Source: Bacillota bacterium
GTDB lineage: Bacteria; Bacillota; Dethiobacteria; DTU022
Direction of reading: 5' to 3'
Length of the DNA stretch: 64,000 nt
Assembly: GCA_040751775.1 (NCBI GenBank)
Contig: JBFMGD010000002.1
Location: forward strand, 22,731-86,730
The notes beneath the pieces were generated by a model. That model was not told the DNA's origin and did not search any database. It was given only the letters and a program-made list of their open reading frames with translations. The translations under genes were made by a program, and so were the position numbers. Of this stretch, positions 54,836 to 63,447 are shown piece by piece. Position 1 is the stretch's first letter, and every line of letters begins with the position of its first letter.

Positions 54836-55711
54836 ATGGAAGAAATCAAGCCGGGGGTTTGGTTTGTGGCTGCCGGGAACGGGGGCCGCTACCCCTTCGC
54901 CCATTCCCTCTACCTGGCGGGGCGAAACAGAACTTTAATTGATACCGGGGCCGGTCCCGTATTGGAACAACTGGTCGGCCGGGTGGACCAGGTATTGTTA
55001 AGCCACTATCACCGGGACCATCTAACCGGTAACGTGTTGTTCAGAGAAGCGCCTTTCCTGATTCACCCGCTTGATGCCCCTGCCGTTCAGACCGAGCAAG
55101 GTTTTTTTCAGCTGAGCGGCGTGGACCGGATCGCAGGCGGGGCATTCTGGGAGATAGTCAGGCAGAGCGGCTTCAAGGCCACGGCAATTGCCGGGTTGTT
55201 CAAAGACGGGGATTGCCTGGAGTCGGGTTCACTGACTGTCCGGGTCCTGCACGCTCCGGGGCATACTCCCGGGCACTGTGCTTTCTTGATCGAAGAATAT
55301 GAGCTGATTTTTGCGGCGGATATCGATCTCACTCCTTTCGGACCGTGGTACGGCAATGTTTCCTCGGATCTGGAACAGTTTAAGCGCTCGATCCGGCGGA
55401 TTCGCGATCTGAAACCGCGCCTCCTGCTGAGCGCGCACTGCATGCCGGTTACATCCGGCATTACTGCCCGCCTGGACCGGTTTGCCGCCGTGATCGAGCA
55501 GCGTGACGAAGCGCTTTTTGAACAGCTGCGCCGGAAGCCACAGACCCTTACACAGCTGGTCGACCAAAAAATGATCTACGGCCGCCACCCTCAACCGGCT
55601 TCACTCTACCGCTTTTTTGAGGAAACCATGCTCCGGAAACACCTGGATGGTTTGATTGAAAAGGGCCTAGTAAACAAGCTGAATGAGCAAGGCTGTTACG
55701 AGGTACTGTAA
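54836..55711 (+). CDS. MBL-fold metallo-hydrolase
   Basis: HYHRDH (HxHxDH) motif at residues ~57-62 and downstream His/Asp ligands (HAPGHTPGH, AADID), 291 aa. Substrate unknown. Confidence 0.65.
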   Translation: MEEIKPGVWFVAAGNGGRYPFAHSLYLAGRNRTLIDTGAGPVLEQLVGRVDQVLLSHYHRDHLTGNVLFREAPFLIHPLDAPAVQTEQGFFQLSGVDRIAGGAFWEIVRQSGFKATAIAGLFKDGDCLESGSLTVRVLHAPGHTPGHCAFLIEEYELIFAADIDLTPFGPWYGNVSSDLEQFKRSIRRIRDLKPRLLLSAHCMPVTSGITARLDRFAAVIEQRDEALFEQLRRKPQTLTQLVDQKMIYGRHPQPASLYRFFEETMLRKHLDGLIEKGLVNKLNEQGCYEVL

Positions 55712-55767
55712 ACCGGTTTTGCCGCCCGTCATGGCAGTTATCGCTCCTTAACGGTAAATCTTAGCTG

Positions 55768-55797
55768 TTGTCAAAAGGGGAGGGGTCCATTATAATT
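55768..55797 (+). promoter_or_regulatory. Sigma-A promoter (TTGTCA-17-TATAAT) upstream of the pcrB-like gene
   Basis: TTGTCAAAAGGGGAGGGGTCCATTATAAT. Confidence 0.5.
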
Positions 55798-55838
55798 ATA
55801 ACAAAGATACACTATACAAATAAGAAGGTTTTGAATAG

Positions 55839-56573
55839 ATGAAAGTACAAGAATATTTAAAAAATAAACTTAAACAGGGAGCTGTTCATATCACCCTGAT
55901 CGATCCCTCGCGCCAGGTGCCGGAAGCAGCCGGCCGTTTGGCCGAGACGGCTCAGGAAGTAGGCAGTGACCTGATTTTTATCGGTGGCTCCACCACCGTG
56001 ACCCAGCGCACCCTGGTGGAGACTGTCGACGCGGTCAAACAACGCTCGACGATCCCTTTGCTTTTCTTCCCGGCGGGTACGGAGTCCTTGAGTTTAAACC
56101 TGGATGCTTTTCTCTTTTTAAGCCTGTTAAATTCACGCAACGCGCATTTCATCAGCGGCACTCATTCCCGGGTCGCCCTGGTGCTCAAGCGCCTTGACGT
56201 GGAGACGATCCCGGTCGGCTATATCCTGATCGAACCGGGTATGAAGATGGGTGAAATAGGTGAAGCGGACCTGGTTTCCCGTGATAACTTCTGGCGGGCA
56301 ATCGGTTATGCCCTGACCGCCGAGTTTATGGGTATGAAGTATGTCTTCCTCGAAGCCGGCAACGGTGCCGCCCAGCCTGTTCCCGCCGGCATGATCCGGG
56401 CGGTCAAGCGCGAAATTTCGGTCCCCCTGATTGTCGGCGGCGGGATTCGAACCGCGATCGATGCCCGCCGTGTGCGCCAGGCCGGGGCTGACATCGTGGT
56501 TACCGGGACGATTATTGAAAACGCCGGTTACCGTGAACGGCTGCGCTCCATCCTGAGCGCTCTTAAGGAATAG
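55839..56573 (+). CDS. pcrB: Heptaprenylglyceryl / geranylgeranylglyceryl phosphate synthase family protein (PcrB-like TIM barrel)
   Basis: PcrB/GGGPS family signature (AVHITLIDPS, DLIFIGGSTTVTQ, FLEAGNGAAQPV, PLIVGGGIRT), 244 aa. Confidence 0.7.
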   Translation: MKVQEYLKNKLKQGAVHITLIDPSRQVPEAAGRLAETAQEVGSDLIFIGGSTTVTQRTLVETVDAVKQRSTIPLLFFPAGTESLSLNLDAFLFLSLLNSRNAHFISGTHSRVALVLKRLDVETIPVGYILIEPGMKMGEIGEADLVSRDNFWRAIGYALTAEFMGMKYVFLEAGNGAAQPVPAGMIRAVKREISVPLIVGGGIRTAIDARRVRQAGADIVVTGTIIENAGYRERLRSILSALKE

Positions 56574-56604
56574 CGGCGCTCACAGGCGTCAACAAAAAAT
56601 AAAC

Positions 56605-56640
56605 GAAAAAACCTCTGATGGCAGAGGTTTAATTTTTTTA
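56605..56640. terminator. Bidirectional intrinsic terminator between convergent pcrB and the Moco operon
   Basis: AAAAAACCTCTG-atgg-CAGAGGTTT hairpin flanked by A-tract and T-tract on either side. Confidence 0.75.
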
Positions 56641-57555
56641 GCTACTGCCGCATTCCCCGCTCCGGCCGGTCAGTATTTCCAGGGCGTGATCCAGCACCGG
56701 GGTAAATACAGCCAGGCACTCCCGGACCGCCTTCGGGCTGCCGGGCAGGTTAATAATTAGTGTCTGCCCGCTGATCCCCGCCACGGCCCGGGAGAGCATC
56801 GCTTTCGGTGTTACCGCGGCGCTTATCCGGCGCATCGCCTCGGCGATACCCGGTGCCGGCCGGTCGATCACTTCCAAAGTCGCTTCGGGAGTGATGTCCC
56901 GCGGCGCAAAACCGGTCCCCCCTGTTGTAAACACGGTATCAACTCCATCCCGGACCGCGCTTCGCATCGCGGAAACAAGGGCGGGCCGGTCGTCGGGAAC
57001 GATGACGTAATTGGTCACATCGCCCCAGGGCAGAAGCGCCGCCTGGATGGCAGGCCCGCTTTCGTCTTCCCGCTCTCCAAGGGAGCCTTTGTCGCTTGCG
57101 GTGATCACCGCGAAGCGGTAAGACGGCCTGGGCAGCAGCGTGTCGCCAACCTTGATTTCCCCGCCGGCCAGCACTTCCGTAAAAATACCTTCGCGGGGCA
57201 TGACGCAGTCCCCGGCCTGGTAATAGATGGCACAGCGGCTGTGACATTCTTTGCCGATCTGGGTAACCCTTAAGATCGCCTCGCGCCCGGCCTCGAGCCG
57301 GGTCCCCACAGGCAGTTCGACTAGGTTGATGCCGGTTGTGGTCAGGTTTTCGGCAAAGTCACCGGGACCGACATCCAGGCCCGCCGCGATCATTTTGGCG
57401 ATGCTCTCCATCGCCAGCAGGCTGACCTGCCTGTGGGCGAAGCCGGCATGGGCATCTCCTTCCAGGCCCTGGCCTTCGATCAGGAGCCCCTGTCCAACAT
57501 TTTTCTTTCGCTCACCCTTACGGGCGCTGCTGCAAACCGCAATTACCTCACCCAT
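56638..57555 (-). CDS. Fusion protein: N-terminal MOSC domain + C-terminal MogA/MoaB molybdopterin adenylyltransferase domain
   Basis: N-terminal MGEVIAVCSSARKGERKKNVGQGLLIEGQGLEGDAHAG (MOSC-like beta-barrel). C-terminal FAVITASDKGS...VFTTGGTGFAPRDITPEA...INLPGSP (MogA/MoaB signature GGTG). Start taken at the internal Met, just downstream of the mobB-moaC gene. Confidence 0.7.
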   Translation of the reverse strand: MGEVIAVCSSARKGERKKNVGQGLLIEGQGLEGDAHAGFAHRQVSLLAMESIAKMIAAGLDVGPGDFAENLTTTGINLVELPVGTRLEAGREAILRVTQIGKECHSRCAIYYQAGDCVMPREGIFTEVLAGGEIKVGDTLLPRPSYRFAVITASDKGSLGEREDESGPAIQAALLPWGDVTNYVIVPDDRPALVSAMRSAVRDGVDTVFTTGGTGFAPRDITPEATLEVIDRPAPGIAEAMRRISAAVTPKAMLSRAVAGISGQTLIINLPGSPKAVRECLAVFTPVLDHALEILTGRSGECGSS

Positions 57556-57560
57556 TATCA

Positions 57561-58544
57561 CTACTCCTCGCGCCGGTAGAGGCCGGAACGGCCGCCTTTT
57601 TTCTCCACCAGCCTGATATTCTGAATAACCATATTTTTGTCTACAGCCTTGCACATATCGTAGATCGTCAGCGCGGCTACGCTAACCCCGGTCAGCGCTT
57701 CCATCTCCACCCCGGTCTGGCCGGTCAGCTTTACCCGCACGCCGATTTCAATTTTGGCGGCCGCGTCAACCGGGTTGAAGTCGACCTCCACCCCCGAGAT
57801 GCCCAGGGGATGAGCCATGGGGATCAGGCGCCCGGTTTCTTTTACGGCCATCACGGCGGCAACCTGCGCTACGCTCAATACATCGCCTTTTACCATGCGG
57901 CCTTCTCTAATCCGGGCCAGGGTTTCCGGAGACATAACGATCTCTCCCCGGGCATAGGCTTCGCGCAGAGTGTGCTTTTTGGCCGAGACATCAACCATGC
58001 GCGGCCGGCCGGCCGTGTCGAAATGGGTCAACTCGCCTTCCCGGCCGCCGCCGCTGCCAAAAAAGCGCTCATAGATGAAGCGGGCCAGGCCCGCGCTGTC
58101 TTCAAGGCTAAAAACCGGCACCGGCGCTGGTAAATCGGCTAAATCGGTGACCACGGCGATGACCTGCTCCGGCAAAAGGGGCTGCCGGTTAACCGCCTCC
58201 CTGACTACCTCGATTTTCGGGTTGGCGCTCTTTTTATGACCCTCCACCAGGATCAAATCCAGGTGCTGCAGCATCTGCAGCGCAGCGGCCATACCGCCGC
58301 GCTCCGGATCGCTCCCGAACAGAAAGAACTTATCCGGCGTAGTCATCCCCGCGGCCGCCGCCCCTGCCTGCTGAAAACGCCAGGTGTCCTTGCCGGGGAT
58401 ATCCAGATTATAATGATGAATTTGCCCTTTCAAAGCAGCCGTGCACAGGCCTAGGCGTGACAGCTCCGGAAGCAGCTTCTCCACGATGGTTGTTTTTCCC
58501 GTGCCCGACTGGGCTGAAACAATATTGATTGTTACCGGCGGCAA
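57561..58544 (-). CDS. Fusion protein: MobB (GTP-binding Mo-MGD biosynthesis) + MoaC (cyclic pyranopterin monophosphate synthase)
   Basis: N-terminal Walker A SAQSGTGKTT with MobB fold (LILVEGHKKS). C-terminal MoaC (RMVDVSAKKHTLREA...GVEMEALTGVSVAALTIYDMCKA). Confidence 0.8.
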   Translation of the reverse strand: MPPVTINIVSAQSGTGKTTIVEKLLPELSRLGLCTAALKGQIHHYNLDIPGKDTWRFQQAGAAAAGMTTPDKFFLFGSDPERGGMAAALQMLQHLDLILVEGHKKSANPKIEVVREAVNRQPLLPEQVIAVVTDLADLPAPVPVFSLEDSAGLARFIYERFFGSGGGREGELTHFDTAGRPRMVDVSAKKHTLREAYARGEIVMSPETLARIREGRMVKGDVLSVAQVAAVMAVKETGRLIPMAHPLGISGVEVDFNPVDAAAKIEIGVRVKLTGQTGVEMEALTGVSVAALTIYDMCKAVDKNMVIQNIRLVEKKGGRSGLYRREE

Positions 58545-58567
58545 CCAGATCCCTCCATTTCGTTTTC

Positions 58568-59602
58568 CTAGCCCCCCGTTTTGGACATGCCGCGCATCGC
58601 GCCAGGGTTTATGGGCCCTGCTTTCCTGACCGGGCTCATCAGGTGCTCTTTCGGTTTGGCGTGCAGCACCTCCCGCAGCAGCGCCTGCAGCGCCGCCGGG
58701 TCACTCAGCGCCGGCCGCACCCGGTACTCGTCCTGCCAGTAGAGGCAGGCTTTCAGGCTTCCCTCAGCCGTCAGGCGCAGCCGGTTGCAGGAAGCGCAAA
58801 AGTGGTCGCTGATCGCGTGAATCAGCCCGATACTGCCCTTTGCGCCGGACAGGGTAAACGTCTCCGCCGGGCCCGCCCCGGTCAATGGAGCAGCTGCTGT
58901 CAGCGGCAGCCCCATTTTTTGGGCGGTTTCGCTGATATAGGTTAGGGGCAGGAAACGCTTCCGGTAGCTGTGGTCGTGATCCCCGATCGGCATATATTCG
59001 ATAAATCGGACGTGGACCGGTTTGTCCAGGGTCAGCTTTAAAAAAGCGGGTACCTCGGTATGGTTCAGCCCCTTCATCAATACCGTGTTTACCTTGACCG
59101 GCTCCAGGCCTTCGCGCAGGGCTGCCTCGATTCCGTCCAGGACAGACTGTAGGCTGCCGCCCCGGGTGATATCCCGGAATAGGGCCGGATCCAGGGAGTC
59201 GAGGCTGATATTGACCCGCTTTAAACCAGCCTCTTTCAACGCGGCCGCGTAACGGGAGAGCAGGATGCCGTTCGTGGTCATGGAGAGGTCCGTGATGCCC
59301 GCCAAGCAGCTGATCCCCTCGACCAGGTTGATCAAATCTTTGCGGACCAGCGGTTCCCCGCCGGTCAGGCGGACTTTGCGGATCCCCAGTTCAACACCGG
59401 CTTTTACCACTTGCAAAATCTCTTCATAGGTCAGGATATCCCGGTGCGGGATTTGCTGAACCCCGTCCGCTCCCATGCAGTAGATGCAGCGCAGGTTGCA
59501 GCGGTCGGTTACCGAGATGCGCAGGTAATTATGTTCGCGTCCGAAAGTGTCTACAAGCGGCATTTTTCTATCCTCTCCCGATCTATAACAGTCGTTTCTC
59601 AC
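58568..59602 (-). CDS. moaA: GTP 3',8-cyclase MoaA (radical SAM)
   Basis: CNLRCIYCM radical-SAM motif with a C-terminal CxxC...C for the second cluster (CASCNRLRLTAEG), 344 aa. Confidence 0.9.
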   Translation of the reverse strand: MRNDCYRSGEDRKMPLVDTFGREHNYLRISVTDRCNLRCIYCMGADGVQQIPHRDILTYEEILQVVKAGVELGIRKVRLTGGEPLVRKDLINLVEGISCLAGITDLSMTTNGILLSRYAAALKEAGLKRVNISLDSLDPALFRDITRGGSLQSVLDGIEAALREGLEPVKVNTVLMKGLNHTEVPAFLKLTLDKPVHVRFIEYMPIGDHDHSYRKRFLPLTYISETAQKMGLPLTAAAPLTGAGPAETFTLSGAKGSIGLIHAISDHFCASCNRLRLTAEGSLKACLYWQDEYRVRPALSDPAALQALLREVLHAKPKEHLMSPVRKAGPINPGAMRGMSKTGG

Positions 59603-59605
59603 TTC

Positions 59606-61510
59606 TCATCTCTCACTTCTCAATTGGCCCGCTTCGCGCATACAGTAGCCGCCCATCGCTTCCACCTGCCTGCGGAACAGCGGGTCAGCAATCACTGCTA
59701 ACAGGGCTTCGCCGGCCCCGGAGCGGTAAAACGAAGCTTCCATCAACAGGTCGTAGCGCTCCTCGGTGACCGGAATAAAATCCAGCCCGAAGGCGCGGGC
59801 GGCCGGCAGGATCCCCAGCCCGGCCCGGCCCGTTCCCGCCGCTACCGCGGCCGCCACGTTCAAATGGGTATGTTCCTCCCTTTGATAGCCGTAAACAGCG
59901 GCGGGGCTGAGGTGCGCCTCTTTCAAAAGGTGGTCGAAAAGGAGGCGCGTGCCGGCCCCTTTTTGGCGGTTGATATAACTCAGTTTCTTGCTGCAAATAT
60001 CCCTGATATCTTTCACCCGGTCCGGATTTCCCTTGGGGACAATCCAGCCTTGCATCCGGTAGGCCAGGGTGACCAGGTAAAGCTGCCGGTCCGGCAGCAG
60101 ACGCCGGATGAAGGGCAGGTTGTAATCGCCGCTCTCCGGGTCGAACAGGTGCACGCCGGCCAGATGGGCCTGCCTTTTTCCGATCGCCGTAATACCGCCC
60201 ATACTGCCCAGGTGGGCCGATGAGAGGGAAAGGCGGTGGTCCTTTTCTTTCAAGGCCGTGGCCAGGAGGTCGATAATCAAGTCGTGGCTGCCGGCCGCCA
60301 GCAGGTTGTGGCGCAACTCGGCGGCGGGCCGGTAGAGCTCCAGCTCCACCGGTTCATCCTGTTCGAAGCCGAGCGAGTTCTCCGGTACGATCAGCAGGCC
60401 GTCCGCCCGCACCAGCGACATGGTCACACCGGCGCCTCGCGTCAGCGGGTTGGCGATAAAGCGGCCGCCCACGTTGCCTACCGTCATGCGCACATGTTCC
60501 TCCACACCCATTTCCGAGACCACGCGCCTGCCCAGGGACGCCGTGAGGCGTTCCCGCTCCGGTTCGGGCCGGCCCTGGTAGCGGTAGAGGAGCGGCCGGA
60601 CAAACCATTCCAGGCTAAAATAGGCGGAAACGGGATAGCCCGGCAGGCCCACGACCGGTTTCCCGGCCACGCGGCCCAGGATGGTAGGCTTGCCCGGGCG
60701 GGTCGCAACCCCGTGCAGGAGTACTTCGCCCAGCTCTCCCATGATCCGGGCGGTATAATCATCCCGGCCGGCCGAAGAGCCGGCGTTAATGATCACCAGG
60801 TCTGTCTCCGCGGCGGCCCGGGCCAGTGCTTCCCTCAAGCGGTCGGGCTCGTCGGGCACGATCGGATAAGTTACCGGCTCGGCGCCCCATTCCCGCAGGT
60901 AGGCGGCGATTACGGTACTGTTAAAATCGGGGATGCTGCCGTTTTCGCGCGCCGCGCCCGCCGGGACGACTTCCGAGCCGGTCGGGATGACCGCCGCCCG
61001 GGGCCGGCCCAGCACCTCGATCGAGGAGATCCCCCCTGCCAGCAGCGCGCCCAGGTCGGCGGGGCGCAGCCGGTGATAAGCGGGTACGATCAACTCTCCC
61101 GCCACCACGTCTTCGCCCACAGGACGGACATGCTGCCAGGGCACGGCCGGGGCCAGGATCTCCACGGTGCCGCCGTCCAGCGGCTGGATATCCTCAATCT
61201 TGATCACCGCGTCGCAGCCGGCCGGCAGCGGGTCGCCGGTGTCGATATGGGCATACCCTTTCTCAGGCAGGAGCCGCAGCGGGTTTTGATCCGAAGCGCC
61301 GAAAGTGCTCTCGGCGCGCACCGCGATACCGTCCATGGCGGCGGCATGGTAGCCGGGCATGGAGAGCGCGGCAAAAACCGGGTTCCCGGTAACCCGACCC
61401 AGCGCCGTCCCGGTCGGCAGCGTCTCCAGGCGGCGCGGAATATCCACTTTATTTAAGAAAATCTCCAGCGCCTCGCGCCGGGGCGTATTGCTCAGGTAAA
61501 CTTTTTGCAT
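59606..61510 (-). CDS. moeA: Molybdopterin molybdotransferase MoeA fused to a C-terminal periplasmic-binding-protein-like (PBP) domain
   Basis: MoeA core over about 400 aa (GGVATRPGKPTILG, GLPGYPVSAYF). An additional ~230-aa C-terminal domain resembles molybdate/tungstate-type PBP-like domains. Start ATG 61510 follows GGGAGGT. Confidence 0.75.
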   Translation of the reverse strand: MQKVYLSNTPRREALEIFLNKVDIPRRLETLPTGTALGRVTGNPVFAALSMPGYHAAAMDGIAVRAESTFGASDQNPLRLLPEKGYAHIDTGDPLPAGCDAVIKIEDIQPLDGGTVEILAPAVPWQHVRPVGEDVVAGELIVPAYHRLRPADLGALLAGGISSIEVLGRPRAAVIPTGSEVVPAGAARENGSIPDFNSTVIAAYLREWGAEPVTYPIVPDEPDRLREALARAAAETDLVIINAGSSAGRDDYTARIMGELGEVLLHGVATRPGKPTILGRVAGKPVVGLPGYPVSAYFSLEWFVRPLLYRYQGRPEPERERLTASLGRRVVSEMGVEEHVRMTVGNVGGRFIANPLTRGAGVTMSLVRADGLLIVPENSLGFEQDEPVELELYRPAAELRHNLLAAGSHDLIIDLLATALKEKDHRLSLSSAHLGSMGGITAIGKRQAHLAGVHLFDPESGDYNLPFIRRLLPDRQLYLVTLAYRMQGWIVPKGNPDRVKDIRDICSKKLSYINRQKGAGTRLLFDHLLKEAHLSPAAVYGYQREEHTHLNVAAAVAAGTGRAGLGILPAARAFGLDFIPVTEERYDLLMEASFYRSGAGEALLAVIADPLFRRQVEAMGGYCMREAGQLRSER

Positions 61511-61526
61511 GGCCGACCTCCCGTTC

Positions 61527-62750
61527 TTATTCCCACAGGTAAACTTCAACCGTATCCCCGGCCAAGAGCCCTTCCGCGCCCGCCGGGACGATGATCCACC
61601 CGTCGGCTTCGGCCAGGGTGCGCAGCATCCCCGAACGCCCGAAAACGGGCACCGCTCTCAGGGCGCCGCCCTCTTCCAGCTTCACCCGCACGTAGTCGGT
61701 CCGGCCGGTGCGGGAGGGAACATTACGCGTCAGGACGGCTCGCAGGGAAGGAAAACGGCGTTGCGGCGCCCGGCCCGACAGCCGGTGCAGGATGGCCGTG
61801 CCGAACAGGGAGAAGATCACCAGCGCCGAGACGGGGTGCCCGGGCAGGCCGAGGACCGGCTTGCCGCCGCAGTTGGCCAGCAGAGTCGGTTTTCCCGGCT
61901 GAATGGAGATCCCCTCCACCAGCAGCCCCGGCTCGCCCAACTCTTGCATCGTGCGGGCTGTAAAATCACGGGTGCCGACTGAGCTGCCGCCGGAGAATAC
62001 CAGGCAATCTACCTGTGCCAGCAGGGCGTGGCTTTTTTCCAAAAATACAGGAAATGAATCCGTCAGTATGCCGCCGCTGACGATCGCAGCACCCGCCTGG
62101 CGGCCCCGGTATGCCAGCGCCGGGTTATTGCTGTCCCGCACCTTGCCGGGCGGCAGCAGCCCGGTTTCATACGGCACCAGTTCGTCACCCGTGGAAAGAA
62201 GCCCCATCACCGGGGCGCGGTGCACGCTAACCCGGCCGACGCCGAGGGAGGCCAGCAGCCCCAGTTCGGGGGCGCGCAGCAAAGTCCCCCGGGGCAGGGC
62301 AACGGCGCCGCGGCGCAGGTCTTCTCCCCGGTGGATCACATTTTCGCCGGGCGCCGCCTGGCGAAAAACCTGCACCATCGTTCCCGTAACCTCGGTATCC
62401 TCGAGCATCACCACCGCGTCGGCGCCCTCGGGCAGCATCCCCCCGGTATGGACCAGGAGGCACTGTCCGGGGTTGATCGCCGGGGCGGCCCGCCCCATCA
62501 ACACTTCGCCGCTGCATTCCAAAATCGCCGGCAACCCTTCCTGGGCGCCGAATGTATCGCTCGCGGCCGCGGCATAGCCGTCTACGGTGGAGCGGTTGAA
62601 ACCCGGCACATCCTCGCCGGCACTGACCGGCTCGGCAAGACACCTTCCCCCGGCTCGCGTCAGATCCAGCGTCTCCGTAGTGAGCGGTTGGAAATGTGTT
62701 TCAATCAGCTCCAGGACGACCGCGGGGTTGGTCACTTTCATTAACTTCAT
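61527..62750 (-). CDS. moeA: Molybdopterin molybdotransferase MoeA (second paralog)
   Basis: MoeA motifs (GGSSVGTRDF, QPGKPTLLAN, GLPGHPVSALV). Start ATG 62750 (MKLMKV...) follows GAGGTG. The track's extension to 62915 overlaps the leader and is rejected. Confidence 0.85.
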   Translation of the reverse strand: MKLMKVTNPAVVLELIETHFQPLTTETLDLTRAGGRCLAEPVSAGEDVPGFNRSTVDGYAAAASDTFGAQEGLPAILECSGEVLMGRAAPAINPGQCLLVHTGGMLPEGADAVVMLEDTEVTGTMVQVFRQAAPGENVIHRGEDLRRGAVALPRGTLLRAPELGLLASLGVGRVSVHRAPVMGLLSTGDELVPYETGLLPPGKVRDSNNPALAYRGRQAGAAIVSGGILTDSFPVFLEKSHALLAQVDCLVFSGGSSVGTRDFTARTMQELGEPGLLVEGISIQPGKPTLLANCGGKPVLGLPGHPVSALVIFSLFGTAILHRLSGRAPQRRFPSLRAVLTRNVPSRTGRTDYVRVKLEEGGALRAVPVFGRSGMLRTLAEADGWIIVPAGAEGLLAGDTVEVYLWE

Positions 62751-62763
62751 GATGGTATCACCT

Positions 62764-62920
62764 CGCAAAAAAGCCGCACCTCCATAAATGGAAGACGCGG
62801 CCGCACAGCCTACAAGATCTCCTTTCCAATTACGGGAGGTAGGGGGATTTCTCCCCCAACCCAGACCTTCCGCCGTAGCCTGTCCGGCTGTAGGCAATGA
62901 AGGTTCGGAGTTCATTATTC
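62764..62920 (-). promoter_or_regulatory. Candidate Moco (molybdenum cofactor) riboswitch with a terminator expression platform
   Basis: Minus-strand RNA contains ...CUCCGAACC...CCUACAGCC...GGCGGAAGG...CCUCCCGUAAUUGGAAAGGAG..., resembling conserved Moco-motif elements. It is followed by the hairpin GUGCGGCCGCGUCUUCCAUUUAUGGAGGUGCGGC plus UUUUUU (forward 62767-62806). Located immediately 5' of the moeA-moeA-moaA-mobB/moaC-MOSC/mogA operon. Confidence 0.5.
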
Positions 62921-63144
62921 ATTTTTACTTGCCGATACCATTATACCATTTCGCCCCATAGATACAACATTCCTGCTTAATGGAACAAGGGACTATTTTC
63001 TTCTCCCACCTCTTGGCCCCCTAATAACAGGAATTGATAAGGCGGAGCTGACCATAGCGGTATCGCAAAGGTTTCCCTTGTCAAAGCAACCTTTTTAGTG
63101 TAAAATAATGTAAGTATAATCCTTCTCGAAAGAAGGCCCAATAT

Positions 63145-63447
63145 ATGGAAAATGCCGGCAGAATACAAGACTGGCTGCAGGTTTATTTCTAGGATGTCTC
63201 CTGGGACGAACTCGATACAAAGCAGCACCGGGATTTCATAATTGAGCGGCTGCTGAACGACGGTGATCATCGCTCTCTGGCCTGGTTGTTTAAAACATAC
63301 TCAAAAGATATGATTAAAAATACGGTCAAAATAAGCCGCGGCTTGTCCGTAAAAACAGCACGGTGTTGGCAGAACTATTTAGGGCTCAAGGAGGAAGAGT
63401 TGTGCTGCACCGGGATACGCTTGGCGCAAAAAGAAAGGCTTTTCTAA
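63145..63447 (+). pseudogene. Small ORF interrupted by an in-frame TAG (possible antitoxin-like partner of the downstream AbiEii-family gene)
   Basis: MENAGRIQDWLQVYF-TAG-DVSWDELDTKQHRDFIIERLLNDGDHRSLAWLFKTYSKDMIKNTVKISRGLSVKTARCWQNYLGL... is read in one frame with a single TAG at 63190-63192. There is no alternative start codon after the TAG until an internal Met. Confidence 0.35.

Noticed and set aside
60236-62744. Long plus-strand ORFs (406 aa at 60236..61456; 224 aa at 61903..62577; 174 aa at 62220..62744) opposite the moeA genes
   Set aside because: Translations are low-complexity Arg/Pro/Gly-rich, typical of antisense reading of GC-rich genes. The minus-strand MoeA assignments are well supported by motifs.
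62754-62915. N-terminal 55-aa extension of moeA (ORF track 61527..62915)
   Set aside because: The region is better explained as the riboswitch-like leader. A GAGGTG RBS precedes the internal ATG at 62750, which gives a typical MoeA N-terminus (MKLMKV...).
62977-63270. 97-aa minus-strand ORF between the Moco leader and the AbiEii remnant
   Set aside because: No RBS and no recognisable domains. It overlaps the plus-strand small ORF region and is most likely spurious in this AT-richer intergenic stretch.
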